From: the human T2T-CHM13v2.0 reference genome, Homo sapiens | DNA length: 64,000 nucleotides | Assembly (NCBI RefSeq): GCF_009914755.1 | Contig: NC_060938.1 | Reading direction: 5' to 3' (one strand) | Shown here: positions 1 to 25,993 of the stretch, in pieces | How positions within the stretch are numbered: the first letter of the stretch is position 1 | Layout: the number at the start of each line of letters is the position of its first letter | Made by a program: the position numbers and the translations under genes | Notes under the pieces: generated by a model | The model's input: only the letters and a program-made list of their open reading frames with translations | Told to the model about the DNA's origin: nothing | The model's database searches: none

Positions 1-874
1 GCACATCATTAGGGTGTTTATTTTGAAGACTTTCAACTTTTTTGACATAGGCATTTATTGCAATAAACTTTCCTGTTGGTACTGCTTCTGCCATAATCCC
101 ATAGATTTTGGTATGGTTTATTTCCATTTTCATTTGTTTCAATAAATTTTTTAATTCCCTTCTTCATTGACCCACTGGTCATTCAGGATCATGTTGTTTA
201 ATTTCCATATGCTTGTGTATTTTCCAAGGTTCCTCTTGTTATTGATTTCTAGTTTTATTCCATTGTGATCCAAGAAGATACTTGATATTATTTGTTTTTC
301 AGAATTTGTACAAACATGTTTTGTAGCCTAAGATATGGTCTATTATGGAAAATGTTCCATGTGCTGTTGAAAAGAATGTGTATTCTGAAGCAGTTGGGTG
401 AAATGTTTATAAATGTCAGTTAGGCCTGTTAGATCTAGTGTATAGTTTAACTTTACTGTTTCTTTATTAACGTTCTGTCTGGATGATCTGTTCATGACTG
501 CGAATGGGATATTAAAGTCCACTACTATTATTGTGTTGCAGTCTGTCTCTTTCTTTAGGTCTATTAATGTTTGTTTTATATATTTTGGAGCACTAGTGTT
601 CAGTGCATAGATATTTATAATGGTTATATTGTCTTGCTGAATTGAAACCTTTGTCATTATATAATGCCTGTCCTTGTCTTTTTTTTTTTTTTTGAAGGTC
701 TTTGATTTGTAGACTCTTTTATCTAATATAAGTATAGTTACTGCTGCTCTTTTATTTGAAGGGGCAGGGTGCTCTAGTTGCATGGAATATCTTTTTCCAC
801 CCCTTTCAGTCCATGTGTATCTTTATAGGTGAAATGAGTTTCTTGAAGGCAGCATATAGTTGGGTCTTCTTTCT
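1..874 (-). mobile_element. Older L1 fragment (ORF2 endonuclease region), host of the younger L1; resumes at ~7763-7830
   Basis: ORF 343-783 (-) reads AVTILILDK...HYIMTKVSIQQDNITIINIYA...YIKQTL, which is the L1 ORF2p endonuclease domain. The sequence continues after 7763 (ccactgtatgccttttaattgg...ccatttacattca). Confidence 0.85.
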
Positions 875-7762
<6,888 letters not shown>

Positions 7763-7984
7763 GGTCTTTTTTCTATATCCTTTCCACCACTGTATGCCTT
7801 TTAATTGGAACACTGAGACCATTTACATTCAGGGAGGGAAGAAGGGAAGAAGGAAGGAAGGAACTCTTAAGTAGGATACCTAGCTCATTAATTTTCAATT
7901 TCTTTTCAGAATCAGTCAATACATTTTAGGTTATAAACTGCTGCTTTAGCAACATCCTAAAATGCTGCAATTTGTATGTTATGT

Positions 7985-8275
7985 TTTTGCCCAAGGCAGC
8001 CCAGTAGAGACTCAGCATTCAATGATTTTTTTGGGGGATGGTTACATAGGCACACTCTTCCTATCATGTACCAAAATTCCAGACCCCAGAAGGAAATGAG
8101 GTGCAGCATAAATCATATTGTTCGTATTAGCAGTCTAGGCACAATAAACTCCTCTTACCAATTAAGGAATGGTGGGGACACTGAAAACACCAAATACCTA
8201 AAACCAGCAATAGCTATCCTTGCAAGCAGACCCTTTTGAAGTTAACAACCTCAAACCAACTTTGTTAAATCCCTC
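7985..8275. mobile_element. Old LTR fragment (MER21-like)
   Basis: cagcataaatcatattgtt...aggcaca...ctcttacca...ggaatggtgggga...ccttgcaagcag resembles MER21 as I recall it. The family is not verified. Confidence 0.5.
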
Positions 8276-8665
8276 TCAAATTTTTAGAGTAGGTTGATAC
8301 TATGAAGAGATGGATCATGTAGTTCAGTAGGTGTGTGTTGAATTAATTAGATAGTGCCTGTGGGAAAATATAAGTTTCAAAATAGTTACTTTTAAGTGAA
8401 CTTCCATAATATAATCCTATTCATGAGTTTGGATTGCCTGTAGTTAGTGAAAAATACTGTTACTTTAAAAGGAGGCTGAACCTCTAAATGGTAGTCATAG
8501 TCTTTATTTGGCATAATAGGAAATTGAGTAATTTTTCAAAAAGGTAGCTCATTATCTGTAGCATCTATTACTATAAGTTAGCTATTATTTGTCCTCTTTG
8601 TTGCCTATGCTAAATTTCCTTCTCTATACAGGTTAATCTTTGAAATAAAAGTTTTGTAGGAATAA

Positions 8666-8878
<213 letters not shown>

Positions 8879-9006
8879 TAGTAAATGAACATTATATCTT
8901 TTGATTTAAATGTTTAAACCTATGGCGTTTTTGATAAGGATGATCTTAGTATCTATTTAGTGATTACTATCAAAGGCAGCTGGATTTGGTGAATAGAGCA
9001 TGCGTG

Positions 9007-9008
<2 letters not shown>

Positions 9009-9038
<30 letters not shown>
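9009..9038. repeat. (CA)n microsatellite
   Basis: About 15 CA units, read directly. Confidence 0.95.
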
Positions 9039-9043
<5 letters not shown>

Positions 9044-10350
9044 GTAAGTCAGGGAACATCCTTTTCTTAATAGCATACTTCATACTCTGACATAAGGAAA
9101 GTTATTTAATATTTGTATGCTCAATATGTCAGATGATGCTAGAACATAGGAAACTATAACATATCACTTTCATAAATAGAAACTAACAATAAAACTATTT
9201 CCCTTTAGGCACACAGAAAGGGAAGGAAGGAATTCTGAACTCAACTCTCTGGATTGTGTAGTTTATCTAAGAAAGGAGATGTGTGCCTCTATCTGTGTGT
9301 TTTGTTAGGATAATTGGGCTTTTTACTCAGGAGCCCTAAAATGTATCTGATCATGGTAGGAAAGAGATTAAAAAGGGAAGAAATAATAAAAGCATGTCAT
9401 TTGAAAATTCTGTCTTTGACCACCTAGTTTCTTCATGACCATCTTCTAAAGACTAAATTTAACACAGAAAATCTATGGTTTTTGAACAGAGAAGTAACAT
9501 TATTAGAATGCTGTGGTTTGAGAAAAAAAGAGGCTGGAGGGAGAAGGGAAACCAGCTCAGAGGCTTTTAGAATAATCCAAGAGAGATGTTATGAAGACCT
9601 GGACCACGGTAGAGAATATAAATGAATCTTTGATGTAAGTGAAAACCAGAAACCAAGGACATTAGAGTCCATGAACAGAGGTGACTTTAAAAACATTAAA
9701 CTGAATAGGAAAGAGATAGGACTACCATACATACTCTCCTAACAGGCTTTCACTGAACTCACCAGATTAATTCCGGTGACACTCCCAATTGCAGAACATA
9801 CTCAACTTTTGATACTTGTAGGCTCCTCTCTAGTCCACTTCTCCCTTCAGCAGTACATTCATATACTTATTAAGAGCTAACTGTATGTCAGTTCTTGTTA
9901 TTTTAAATAAACACAGGGACTCTAAGTGCAAATTTTAAATTATTATTTCTATTTGTCTATGAAAACCAAATGGAATACTTTGGAAAGTCTGGATAAAGGG
10001 CACTCTCTCTCTCCCCACCCCTTCCAACGCCCTCCCCCATAGGTTCAAATTAGATGTGGGAGAAAAAACTAAAATATGAAGAAAATGATAAAAATGCAGA
10101 GAAAACATGTAAGGAAATTATTTTTAAAAGCTAGACAGATTATTGTGTTCAGATTTTTTCCACATGCCTTTAAATTCTTGCTATTTTAAAGAAACCAAAA
10201 CTGGAAATTGTAGGCAAAATAAGGGTATCATGTCTCCAAAAACAACCAAATAAATAATACCAATCAAGGGACCCTTGCCTACAGAGCAGCTTTGGTCCTT
10301 CATCAAAAGATTGATGAATGCATGTACTTTTAAATATTTTATTTTTTTAA

Positions 10351-10674
<324 letters not shown>

Positions 10675-11089
10675 CCCTTACTTTTTTATTAACTCTTTTA
10701 AAATTAATCTTGACATTTTTTGATTAACCAAAGGGCTTCTATTATAGGTCAAAGTAGCTACAAAGACTTGTGATTTTAAAAGTTTTACAATGTTTAAAAA
10801 AGATTATTTAGTTTAGGCAAAGGAAATTGATTCATTCATGGACTATATCTACAAATTTTTTTCTAAAAACTATGGTTTCCAAAAAGAAATTTAGCCATTG
10901 ATCTATATGATGTAACAAAACAAGTGCATCATCTAATGTCATCTACTCAAATCTTTGTCACAGGCCCCAGTCTTTCAAAAGAGAGCAAATGGTCAAATAA
11001 AATTTAGTTCAGTGACTTAAGATGATTTCTTTCCTTTTCCCTTTTTTATATTCCCGAAGCAAGTCACTTCTTGAAAAATGTATGCCACC

Positions 11090-11865
<776 letters not shown>

Positions 11866-13198
11866 ATATGTGAGAGCTCCAGTGAAAGACCTATGAAAAT
11901 TACCATATTAAAATTCATAAATTCTGTTTTAAGGTAATGCAGGCTAAATTGAAAAGACATAAAGTAACCACTTAGAACTTTGAAGATCCCAATTTTCATA
12001 TAAAATTCTTTAAACATTGGTTTAATTAAGCATTTAATTTGGCATAACTCAAAATTCAACCAATAATGAATACTTTACTAAAGGGTTTGTTTGTTGGCTA
12101 TTCTTTTCTATTTATCATATAGTGAACTCAGATTTTCCCCTTACAGTACTATAATGTCATCTTGAGTTATTCTAGATACATATTCTTGCCATTTAAATCA
12201 GTGCTATACATAGGAATTTAACTGTCTTTCAACTTAGTTATTCCGTATGTAAATACTTTATTAAATATTATTTTTTATCTATATATGGTTAGTAAAATAA
12301 AGGGGGTATTTCAAATCTTTATTTTAGAGAAATTTTCTTTTAGATTCAACACCAATTATTTTCAGGACTAGAACAAAATCAAGCCATTATTTCTTTTAAC
12401 TAGCTGTTCAGGAGACTCAAGTACAGAAAACTTCTGAAGTTTATCAGTCAAATGTGTTTGTCTTTGTCTTAGTTGCTACTGGCCTTTCTTTTTAACAGCA
12501 AATAAGGAGGAAATAAATGAAATCTAAAGTTCTTTTAAACCAAAACATTTTGGGGGTTTAGTTTCAGACGGAAATTTGACAGCATTCCAGATTAGTGATG
12601 GGAAGAAACTCCCATAAAGGAATTCGTTAGGGAATTTAGGACTGACCAGCTTTAGTAAAAGGACCAATACCTTAGCATTCATTATAAAGCAGCATTCTTG
12701 GTAACACTTACTGAAGTATGAGGTTAAATAGGTAATTTTAGATAAACAGAAAAGGCCTCCATCTCTAAATAAGCTGAATCATATGTTCAGAATTCACACG
12801 TATAAACAAGGTCAGTCTTAACAACAGCAGAGAAGGCATAAATTTCTAGGGGAAGCAAGAGTCCCCTTCCTAAAATATTTTTCTCCTCTATTTGCTGATT
12901 CCTGAAATTCTTACAAAAGCCCCTTAATCCTCAGCAGGTGTAAAATGTAAATACTATTTAGAGAGTTTTACTACATTCACTAAAATTGATTATTATAAGA
13001 TGCTTTTCTTAACTCCCATTTTATTTACTGTTTGTTCTGAAAACTAATTAACTGCAAGTCATCTGATTAGGTAATGTGAAGAATACAAAGATTTTGAGAA
13101 ATAACTTTTACCTCCCAGAAATTCTATTCACACACAAAAAAAGAAAAAGCATTACAATGGGGAAGTTTTAATTCTCATTTTCTTAGTTCCATACTTAC

Positions 13199-13267
13199 CT
13201 TGTTGAGACCCTTTGGAAAGGGCGAGTTGCCATTAAGCACTAGATTCTAGTGATGGTACAATGCAGT
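13199..13267 (-). ncRNA. Candidate 69-nt internal exon of a transcript antisense to LRRC9
   Basis: On the minus strand, a long T tract + CAG acceptor (13268-13287) and an AAG|GTAAGT consensus donor (13193-13198). No transcript evidence is available here. Confidence 0.45.
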
Positions 13268-13495
13268 CTGAAAAAAAAAAAAAAAAAGAACACAAGGTTC
13301 TGAGGGAGGTTAACTCCCCAAAAAGCTCTGCTGATTTTACAGGTTTTACCTAGTACCAATTCTGAGTTTAGGCAAGCAGGTAGCTCCTGACTAAAAAGAA
13401 TGTTGATTGTCTACTCAGACTTGTTATAAGGATTAAGCCTATTGATCTGAGTTTTGGAGATGAGATGTTATTAACTGTTTTATTTTATTATGTAG

Positions 13496-13666
<171 letters not shown>

Positions 13667-14737
13667 TAAAAGAATCACTTAATTTGAAATAAAAATATCA
13701 CTTTAATTTCTAATAGTACTTAAAATTCCTTGTTTTTAACTTACATTTCCTAAAATTGCATGTTTGCTCAAGTTTCCTATGGCCATTTTGATTTCAGAGA
13801 TTATAGTTTTATTATTTTTAGTTTTATTATAGCTTTTTTTGTACTCAGCTACTAGCATGTTGTGACTAAACATTTGCTCACTTGCAATGTGAACTTTGTG
13901 ATACTTGAACAATTATTTCCTGACATATCTTTTCAAAGCTTTTATTTCATTTCATGGATGTCAGAGCAAACAACTACTAAAACCAGTTCATTAGTGCATC
14001 CTGCTAAAAGTGGAAATCAGAGATGTAAAAGCATAACAGAATCCCGGGGTACAAAGGATATTCTGCAGAGATATCTCACTTTCCCCTTGAAATCATAAGA
14101 AAATATTCATGAAGCAAATACTAGAGAAGGGCTTCAAGAGGTAGAGTTTTAAAAGAGGGAGTGTATTAAAAGAACAAGCATGGAAGTGGTTTATTCTGCT
14201 ATATAAATTTTAGTTCAAGTTTAGAATAAGCCTGTTCCCTAATTCCACATCTTTTCTGGTTATCATTTTGGCAAAACTGGGGGTAAGTACTCCTTCTCTG
14301 AGGGCTCACCTCTTCCAGTCCTTCTGACTTCCCATTTGTCCTCAGACCACTCTTAGACAATAAAACTGAACATCACAATAATTATAAAATGATCTAAGAG
14401 CCTCCTATAAAAAAAAGTAGACTGTTCCATGTGATTAAAGTTTTTTAAAGAAACCCACTGAAAAACAAACCAGCATAATTTACTCCATTAAGATGTTATA
14501 TTTTCTCATTTTTCATACTTATATGGCATTATGACTTCCAGGTTTTAATAATAATGAAGATTGTCATGCTTTTGTCTACAACTGTCAGTAAAATTGGGCA
14601 TACCAAATTGTTATTACCTCCTTAACAGAACAAAGTCATCTTCAGGGATATCATTATCTTTTTATATTTTTTTATTAGTTTAACCCTGGATTCATCTTCA
14701 TAACTTCCTTCTCAGATACTAACTTCCTTCTCAGGTA

Positions 14738-17241
<2,504 letters not shown>

Positions 17242-17628
17242 TTAGTTTCTTCAAGATTTGTTATGCGCTGAAAAAGTCCTACAATCTCTTTCCTATTTTT
17301 TGACTGTGCTGCCCCAACTTTTAAAAGTATAATCACTTTATCTGTACATTTATTACAGCATGCAGGTTTGGATATTTATATGTTTAAAATATTATCTAGG
17401 AAAAATCAAACTGATTCACTAGCTCACAGAAATTTAAGCCACATCAAGTGCTAAAAATACATTATAATTCTATATTTTTATTTGAAATTTTAAATTCACT
17501 TTATGAAACATGTATTGCATACATTCAGCTGAAGGACAACCAAACTATATTGCTTAATGCTTATGTTAATTAATGTTTCTCATTGTTTCATAATTTTAAT
17601 TTTTCAAATTTCTAATTTCTAATTTCAG

Positions 17629-17797
17629 ACAAAAAAAACAAGAATGCTGGGATTCTGACAAATAATCCTCGGAGCATCCATGCAGAAATAGCTTTTCGGC
17701 AACTCAGAGGGATAAGTATCTCTCCATCTCTTTTATCACATCAGAATATTGCATCTCCTACTGCACAAATATACCAGAGCAACCAAGATAAGAGAAG
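17629..17797 (+). CDS. LRRC9: Candidate LRRC9 cassette exon (169 nt, phase 1/2)
   Basis: tttctaatttcag| acceptor and AAG|gtaaag donor. Stop-free in the inherited phase: (D)KKNKNAGILTNNPRSIHAEIAFRQLRGISISPSLLSHQNIASPTAQIYQSNQDKR(R). Confidence 0.7.
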
Positions 17798-18348
17798 GTA
17801 AAGCTATTTTCTCTGTGTTTTAATATCATTTCTCATCATTAAAAAAGTACTCTCCATATTTGCTAGTCATGTATAACAGGAAATATTGTTATGTACTATT
17901 ATATATTTACTCTGGGAACTAGAAAAAACTGTCAGATAGCATAAGACTTCTTAATTCCCACGTTCACCAAACCTTTCCCAAAGTCCAGTGTATTTACATA
18001 GTAATTCAAAAAGGCTGAGAAATGGCTATCAAGGTCAAATAATTCAGAGTACTAGTGCTCACTAGTGAGGGAACAATGAAATAGCTACATGGGAACTACT
18101 TTAATTGTATCCTCTACCAACTCACTCTACTCACTGAATTTGCAAAGCAGTTCACTTATACTGTAAACAGCAGATAAATTCAACTTTCTGAAACCGTGAA
18201 GGCTAAGAATTTTGTAAATTCTTCCGAATTTTCTTTAAAATTCCTACTTGCCTCCTTCTCCAGTCTGAATCTAGCCCTAGAGCCTAGCTCAAAGCCTAAG
18301 AACATTGCTAGTTCTCATTAAGAATACACTCTTCTGCTCAACACTTGA

Positions 18349-18874
<526 letters not shown>

Positions 18875-18925
18875 TAAGTTAGCTGATCCATTACAAAATT
18901 AAGTCACCACTATTTGACTAATTAA

Positions 18926-19027
<102 letters not shown>

Positions 19028-19648
19028 TAGTTGTACAAAAACTAGCGGACAGTGGTCAGTTAAAAAAAAAAAAAAAAGATAATCATGTTACTTAAGTTAC
19101 TGAAGCACTTCAGTTCCATATGAAGATAATCTATTACCCTTCATGAACTTGATTTAATATCACCTCTCTTAAACTTTCTTTATGGTTATCTTTAGTTATT
19201 TGTTTGAATTTCTATATCATAAAAATCATCAACTATTACATCAGACTACAATTTGAAAAGACAAAAGTGACATGAAACAAAGTCCAGAGAACTGAATGCT
19301 TAGTTCTAGTATTAGAAACATTTAGTCATGAAATGTCATTATGAAAAGTCATAGGAAGATATTGAGAAAAGATAACTTTAGGAAATAGGCATACTTTCAT
19401 TTGTAGAGTATCTATTCATTTGAGATTACACAAAACTACAGCACATTTCTTACCAAACACAACTATTACTAAAGCAAGATGAGTTTTGCTAGTTGAACTA
19501 CAGATTGGTTTTTAGGACTGTATTTTTTTAAAAAATACCCTCAAACCAGATCGGCCCTCAAAATTGTTTAGAGATGCAAATTGTGGGCATCAATAGTAGT
19601 TTCTAAATGTGGCTAACCGTGGGTGCAACCAGTCCTTCATGCTCTAAG

Positions 19649-19654
19649 AATAAA
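19649..19654 (+). terminator. Candidate LRRC9 polyadenylation signal (another AATAAA at 20459-20464)
   Basis: AATAAA hexamer downstream of the stop. The region is AT-rich, so usage is unproven. Confidence 0.35.
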
Positions 19655-20718
19655 AAAAGCGTCCGATTTCAAATACAAATCATTTAATTACACCTACAGT
19701 GATACAAGTTTACAAGTAGTTTCAGGCTGAAGAGAACACGTATTCAAACTGAGTGGACACATTTAAAAATATGACCTTCAATAATTATACTTCACTGAAC
19801 TTTTCTAAACTATTACATTGCATAGTACTAGGACGTATCACAGATTAATCAAATGTGGTTATGAATTTGCTTGTTACAGTTACTAAAATTGATAACCAAA
19901 TTGCCAATCATATTTTGATATAAATGAGCTCCATCATTCATGAAGTATTCTATTCAAAATTTTAAAGTTATTGGCTCAACAGTACACGTAGTTTCATAAT
20001 ATTTTATACTTTCCTTACACGAAAATAAATTATTTTAACTAAAATATGTAGACTTTATAATCTGTCTGGAAATAGTTTTAAAGGTACTTTGGAAATGATA
20101 TAATTCCAATGTCTATGCAACAATTTTGTATTTTTCTTTTTAAATGCTGTATGTCTTTAATTTAATCATGTAATATTTAAAAGTTCAAACCTAATTACAG
20201 ATTGATTTTGCTCTTTGTAATGTGTGGTTTTTAAACAACTATTACATTTAGGTGGAAATAGGATCTTTTGTTTAAAAACAACTATGCAGTTCTTAAGATG
20301 TCCAGAAGATGTCTTTGTTGCCCTTTAGTTTTGACAACTGCTTTCATTATAGTGTTGTGACAGTCTACTCTTCACTATTTATTACTAAATTGGCATCATC
20401 TTCTTTTTTTCTTTTATGATTATGTATAAATTAAATGCTGAATATATGTTACTTTTATAATAAAAAGTGTCTTAAAATAACAAAGTGGGAAAATAAATGT
20501 AATAGGTTTCACTGGAGAAAAATGTTCAGAATAGAAATATATAAAGCAGAAAAAACATAACTTACACTGTATTCACTTAGCATTTTGGCATATTTTCTTT
20601 TAGCCATTTTTCCTATGGACTTTTAATACATTTGAGATCTTCATGTGATTTTTATGTACACATTGTTAAATTTTGAGCTATTTATAATTCTTAAAAATTG
20701 TTAATTAAATGTCATCTG

Positions 20719-20939
20719 AGCCGGGCGCAGTGGCTCACATCTGTAATCCCAGCACTTTGGGAGGCCAAGGCAGGCAGATCACAAGGTCAGAAGTTCGAGA
20801 CCAGCCTGGCCAATATGGTGAAACCCCATCTCTACTAAAAATACAAAAATTAGCCAGGCGTGGTGGTGTGCTCCTGTAGTCCCAGCTACTAGGGAGGCTG
20901 AGGCAGACAAATTGAGCAAGACTCCATCTCAAAAAAAAA
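20719..20939 (+). mobile_element. AluS with an internal right-arm deletion
   Basis: gaggctgaggcag joins directly to ...gagcaagactccatctc. Confidence 0.9.
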
Positions 20940-20985
20940 TTTTTTTTTCATCTAAATTTCTGAGTAGCTGGAATTACACCACCAC

Positions 20986-21301
<316 letters not shown>

Positions 21302-21306
21302 CTATT

Positions 21307-21632
<326 letters not shown>

Positions 21633-21924
21633 TCATCAAGGTATTTCACTTAGATAAAATGTATAATTTATCCAGTAAAGTTATTATGTCTTTGCTCCCA
21701 GCAAATGTCTTGATTTATTTTGCAAGCAAATGTATGATTATATAACTTGTTTTCATTAAAGACAATTCCACAAACAACCTGGTAAGCTAGAAATTAAGGC
21801 ACTTTATAGATTAGAAGCCTCCAAAGCTGAACCGAATACAGGCAGTGTGAAATTAGTCTGATTTCTATATATAAAATTAACTGCGATTAATTGTCCAATA
21901 CAAACTTTACTATTTACTTCCATT

Positions 21925-22059
21925 TTTAAAAAAATTTTTGTAGAGATGGAGTCTCACTATATTGCCCAGGCTGGTCTCAAACTCCTGGCTTCATGTAATC
22001 CTCCTGCCTCGGCTCCCGCAACGTGCTGGGATTATAGGCATGAGCCACCATGCCTGGCC
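21925..22059 (-). mobile_element. Alu left monomer (FLAM-like)
   Basis: Single arm tagagatggagtctcac...gccaccatgcctggcc. Confidence 0.85.
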
Positions 22060-23679
22060 ATTTACTTCTAATTTTTCTAGTCTTAGATTTTTCTGACTAT
22101 TGACACAAAATTAACTGATTGTGAATATATTTTTGCCTAGAATATCTAGTGTGCACTATGTATGTGTGTTTGCAGGCACTCCTGACTAGTTTACAAATAA
22201 CCCTTATATTTAAGTAACATGCCATTTCACTCTTCATAAGCTATCTTACATTATGAAAAGTGTTTAATGTTTTAAAACATTAGATCTCACTCTTAGTCAT
22301 GCTCTAGGCTCTTGGCTTCAATTAAATATTACTTACATAAAGGGAGGTAAGATTATTATAATATTCTATTAGTAGAAGCAAGCACTTACGGCCAAATTCC
22401 TTTGGTTATTCAGTGAAGCTAACCAAATCATTTTGGTTATGGGCTAGAAACCAGCTGGTTTTTCTGATGCCTTACTATAAAACTTAGAGCTTCTGGACCA
22501 CCTGCAAGTGCTAACTACGTGTTCATTTTTCTACATTTTCCTCCCTTCTCCATTATTGAAGTATTTTTGAAGAAAAACCTATGCTGAATTGCAATTTAAA
22601 TTCTCAGTTGCCTTTTAGAACTAGGTCAGTAAGAAATACCACAGCTATTTTATTAGTAATATTATTTCTGCAAGTTTTTACTTTACAAATATGTAAATTA
22701 TACCATTCTACTGTTACTGTTTTTCTTTCCATTGTGAATAAAATTGTTTTGTAAACTACTCAAAAGACATTTCTCAGACTTAATTTACGCATTTTTATCT
22801 TAAGATTTTTGTTTTGGTAATGATTTTTCCTTAAAATTAAGCTAAAATGAATGATTTAATAGCAAAGACATACAATGTTGTAATATAAAAATAGAATAGC
22901 ACATTCAAAGGAACTTAGAAGTAGCTTTGAAGGTATTAGTTAGCTGAAGTCAAATTATTTATCTTTTATATTTTATTAAGCACTACCTTAACTATATGCT
23001 CTTTTAGGTAAATCAAAAAGTCAGTTTATCAACATTGTCATTTTCCATATAAGATTCCAAAGATTCTGAAATGCTAAATTTTAAATTAGAACAGATTTTT
23101 TCTAATATCATTAAAAATAACAGTATTTCTATATGCTCTAAATAAAAATCCATTGAGATAACATAGTTTGTTTTTTCAAAATAGTTACATTTTGATCAAA
23201 CATTAAAATAGAAAGGGATGCGAAGAATTAACAAATAGCATTCTATATTTTCATTTGGTTTTTAATTTTATAATTGTAATTAACTTCTAAATGTTTAAAA
23301 ATATTTTATACCAGCAGTTAATTTTAAACATTATAAATAGGAAAAGAATTAGTGATAATCTTACTATTTTTGTAAACCACAAAAATAACAATGACTATAG
23401 TTTAAATAGAAAAAAGATATGGTGATATGATTTTTGTTTGTTTGTTTCCAGTGGGGTTGGAGTGATTTAAAAGCTATAGCTTTTAATCAAGAGCTGCACG
23501 TTTTTCTTCTTGCTTATTGTAGAACATTATTTTTTCTAGAAAATGTTTTCAATAATTTTAGTGGTTTGGCTCTACTATTTGTTCCATCTTTAATTATAGC
23601 ATAGCTCTTCCTCTCCCTTCCCTCTCAGAATGTTTTACAAGTGTGTCTCTCAAAGAACAACCAAAAAAGACTAATCAGT

Positions 23680-23682
<3 letters not shown>

Positions 23683-23723
<41 letters not shown>
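23683..23723. repeat. (TA)n microsatellite
   Basis: About 20 perfect AT units. Confidence 0.95.
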
Positions 23724-23724
<1 letters not shown>

Positions 23725-25087
23725 CATTTTAAAGTTTCTAATTATTTCTTATTCCCCTATCAATTTGGTTTAAAACAGGTATTTATAAACACTGGTAGCC
23801 TACTTTCCTAAGGCCTTTGATTTTATATGAAGTGCTTTAAAAGAGTTCAATCAACCTTAATGGTGCATTTTTAGTTAAGGAAATAGAATGGGGGTAAGTC
23901 AATTTGAGCTCCCAGACAAACAAGTGTCTTCAGAAAGAATCAGCCATAAATGGGTTTAGAAATCAGAGTACGAGTAAAATGCAGTGAGCAGAGCACTCAG
24001 GGAAACCAGATACAATGGAAAGAGTAAAATACTGCAGAGCTTTTTAAGGTTCATACAATTGGAACAATGGACTTGATCCAGCCATCTATGTTAAACTGTT
24101 AAAAGATAGGTGAAAAGCAAGCTGGAATTCTATAAAGAGTGTTGAGGAACAGTAGAATGAGGAGCTTTAAATCTAAAGAGAATGAATACAGTCATTCAAC
24201 AGGATGGCAATGAAGTCAAAATTGGCATATTTCCCTGATTACCTTGTGAAGGACTCTGTTCTGTTTTAGGTATTAAGCCGTGATTAGCAACAAAGCAGTA
24301 TTTAAACTGCCACAATTGGAGTTTTTAAACAGCATAGTATAAATATGTGAATTTTACAAACATACACATATATACATGGAAGTAGAAATACATGTAGATC
24401 TCATATAGTTGTAACAACTTAATATTCTAGTCTATAGCAATCAGTACAGTATATCAAACTTCCTGTCATTTAGGAAAAAAAAGGCTAATTTAGGTTTAGT
24501 GGCAAAGGTGCAAATGTACAAATAGATAAAATTGTTTAATTTTTTAATTAGCTGTAATCAATCAGGCTTATTTTATACATTTTGGGGAAATTGTTCTTAA
24601 ATGTATTGATGTATTTTCCTGCTTTAACAAACAGAATACATTAAACAAAATTTTATTTTCAATGATTTATAGTGCTTCAGGGTCATAGTGTGCATGATTT
24701 ACCATTTTAGAGAAATGCAGCTGAGGAAAAGTGTTTAGAATGTGTTTTGAACTTCTGCTATAACCTTGGCAGTTGCTTAAGGCCAAATTCCCTTATGTGT
24801 ACTTTTTTTGTGTGTCCCTTCAATTATTATGATGCTGAAATAACTTTGCTAGTTAGTTGAAGATTCCAATATTAATGGAGCCATTACTATATTGTTAAAT
24901 TATGCTTTGAATGAAGATATGATTATATTTATGGAAACATGCTAAAGTCTATAAATGGAAACAATACAATAAAACTAAAGCCCAAACATGTGTTAATGCT
25001 AACACATTGGGCCGTTGTTAACTCACAAGAAGTATAACTATGAGAATGTCAGTCACATAATTGTCATCCTTTAACAGTTCAATTATG

Positions 25088-25415
<328 letters not shown>

Positions 25416-25816
25416 TCACATAACCTCAATGAAGGAGGCCAGACATAAGAAAAACTAGAGCCAGAAATATAATCAAGTGCACTTTTTCTGAAATACAATT
25501 TGCTAGATAGCCTCCACTTGCCCTTCCAGATCTATTCTCTACCTTTCTCCTCCTGCTCTGTGACTCTAAAGACTCACCTTTAAGGACAACATCACTTAGA
25601 GTCATTTGTCCCTCTAGCTGGCAGTTGGCTGTAGCCAATCAAGACACTAGAAGTAGATCAAAGAGTAAAAGAGTGAGATTTGGGCTTTAGTAGCAGCTGC
25701 ATTCTACAAGAACTACAGCTTCTATTGGGCTTTCCTAAAGTATCTGGGTTCTGGTGAACTCTCTTTCCCTTACACCTTCAGGCCTACAGGCATTGCAAGT
25801 TCAGATGCTTCACCTG

Positions 25817-25993
25817 CCAGGGCACGGTGGCTCACACCTGTAATCCCAGCACTTTAGGAGGCCAAGGAAGGCAGATCACTTGAGACCAGGCGTTTGAGAA
25901 CGGCCTGGCAAACATGAAACCCCATCTCTACTAAAAATACAAAAATTAGCCAGGTGACAGAATGAGACTCTCTCTCAAAAAATAAAAAATAAA
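25817..25993 (+). mobile_element. Alu lacking most of the right arm
   Basis: Left arm + aattagccaggtgacagaatgagactc + A-tail; TSD a(g/a)atgcttcac. Confidence 0.85.
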
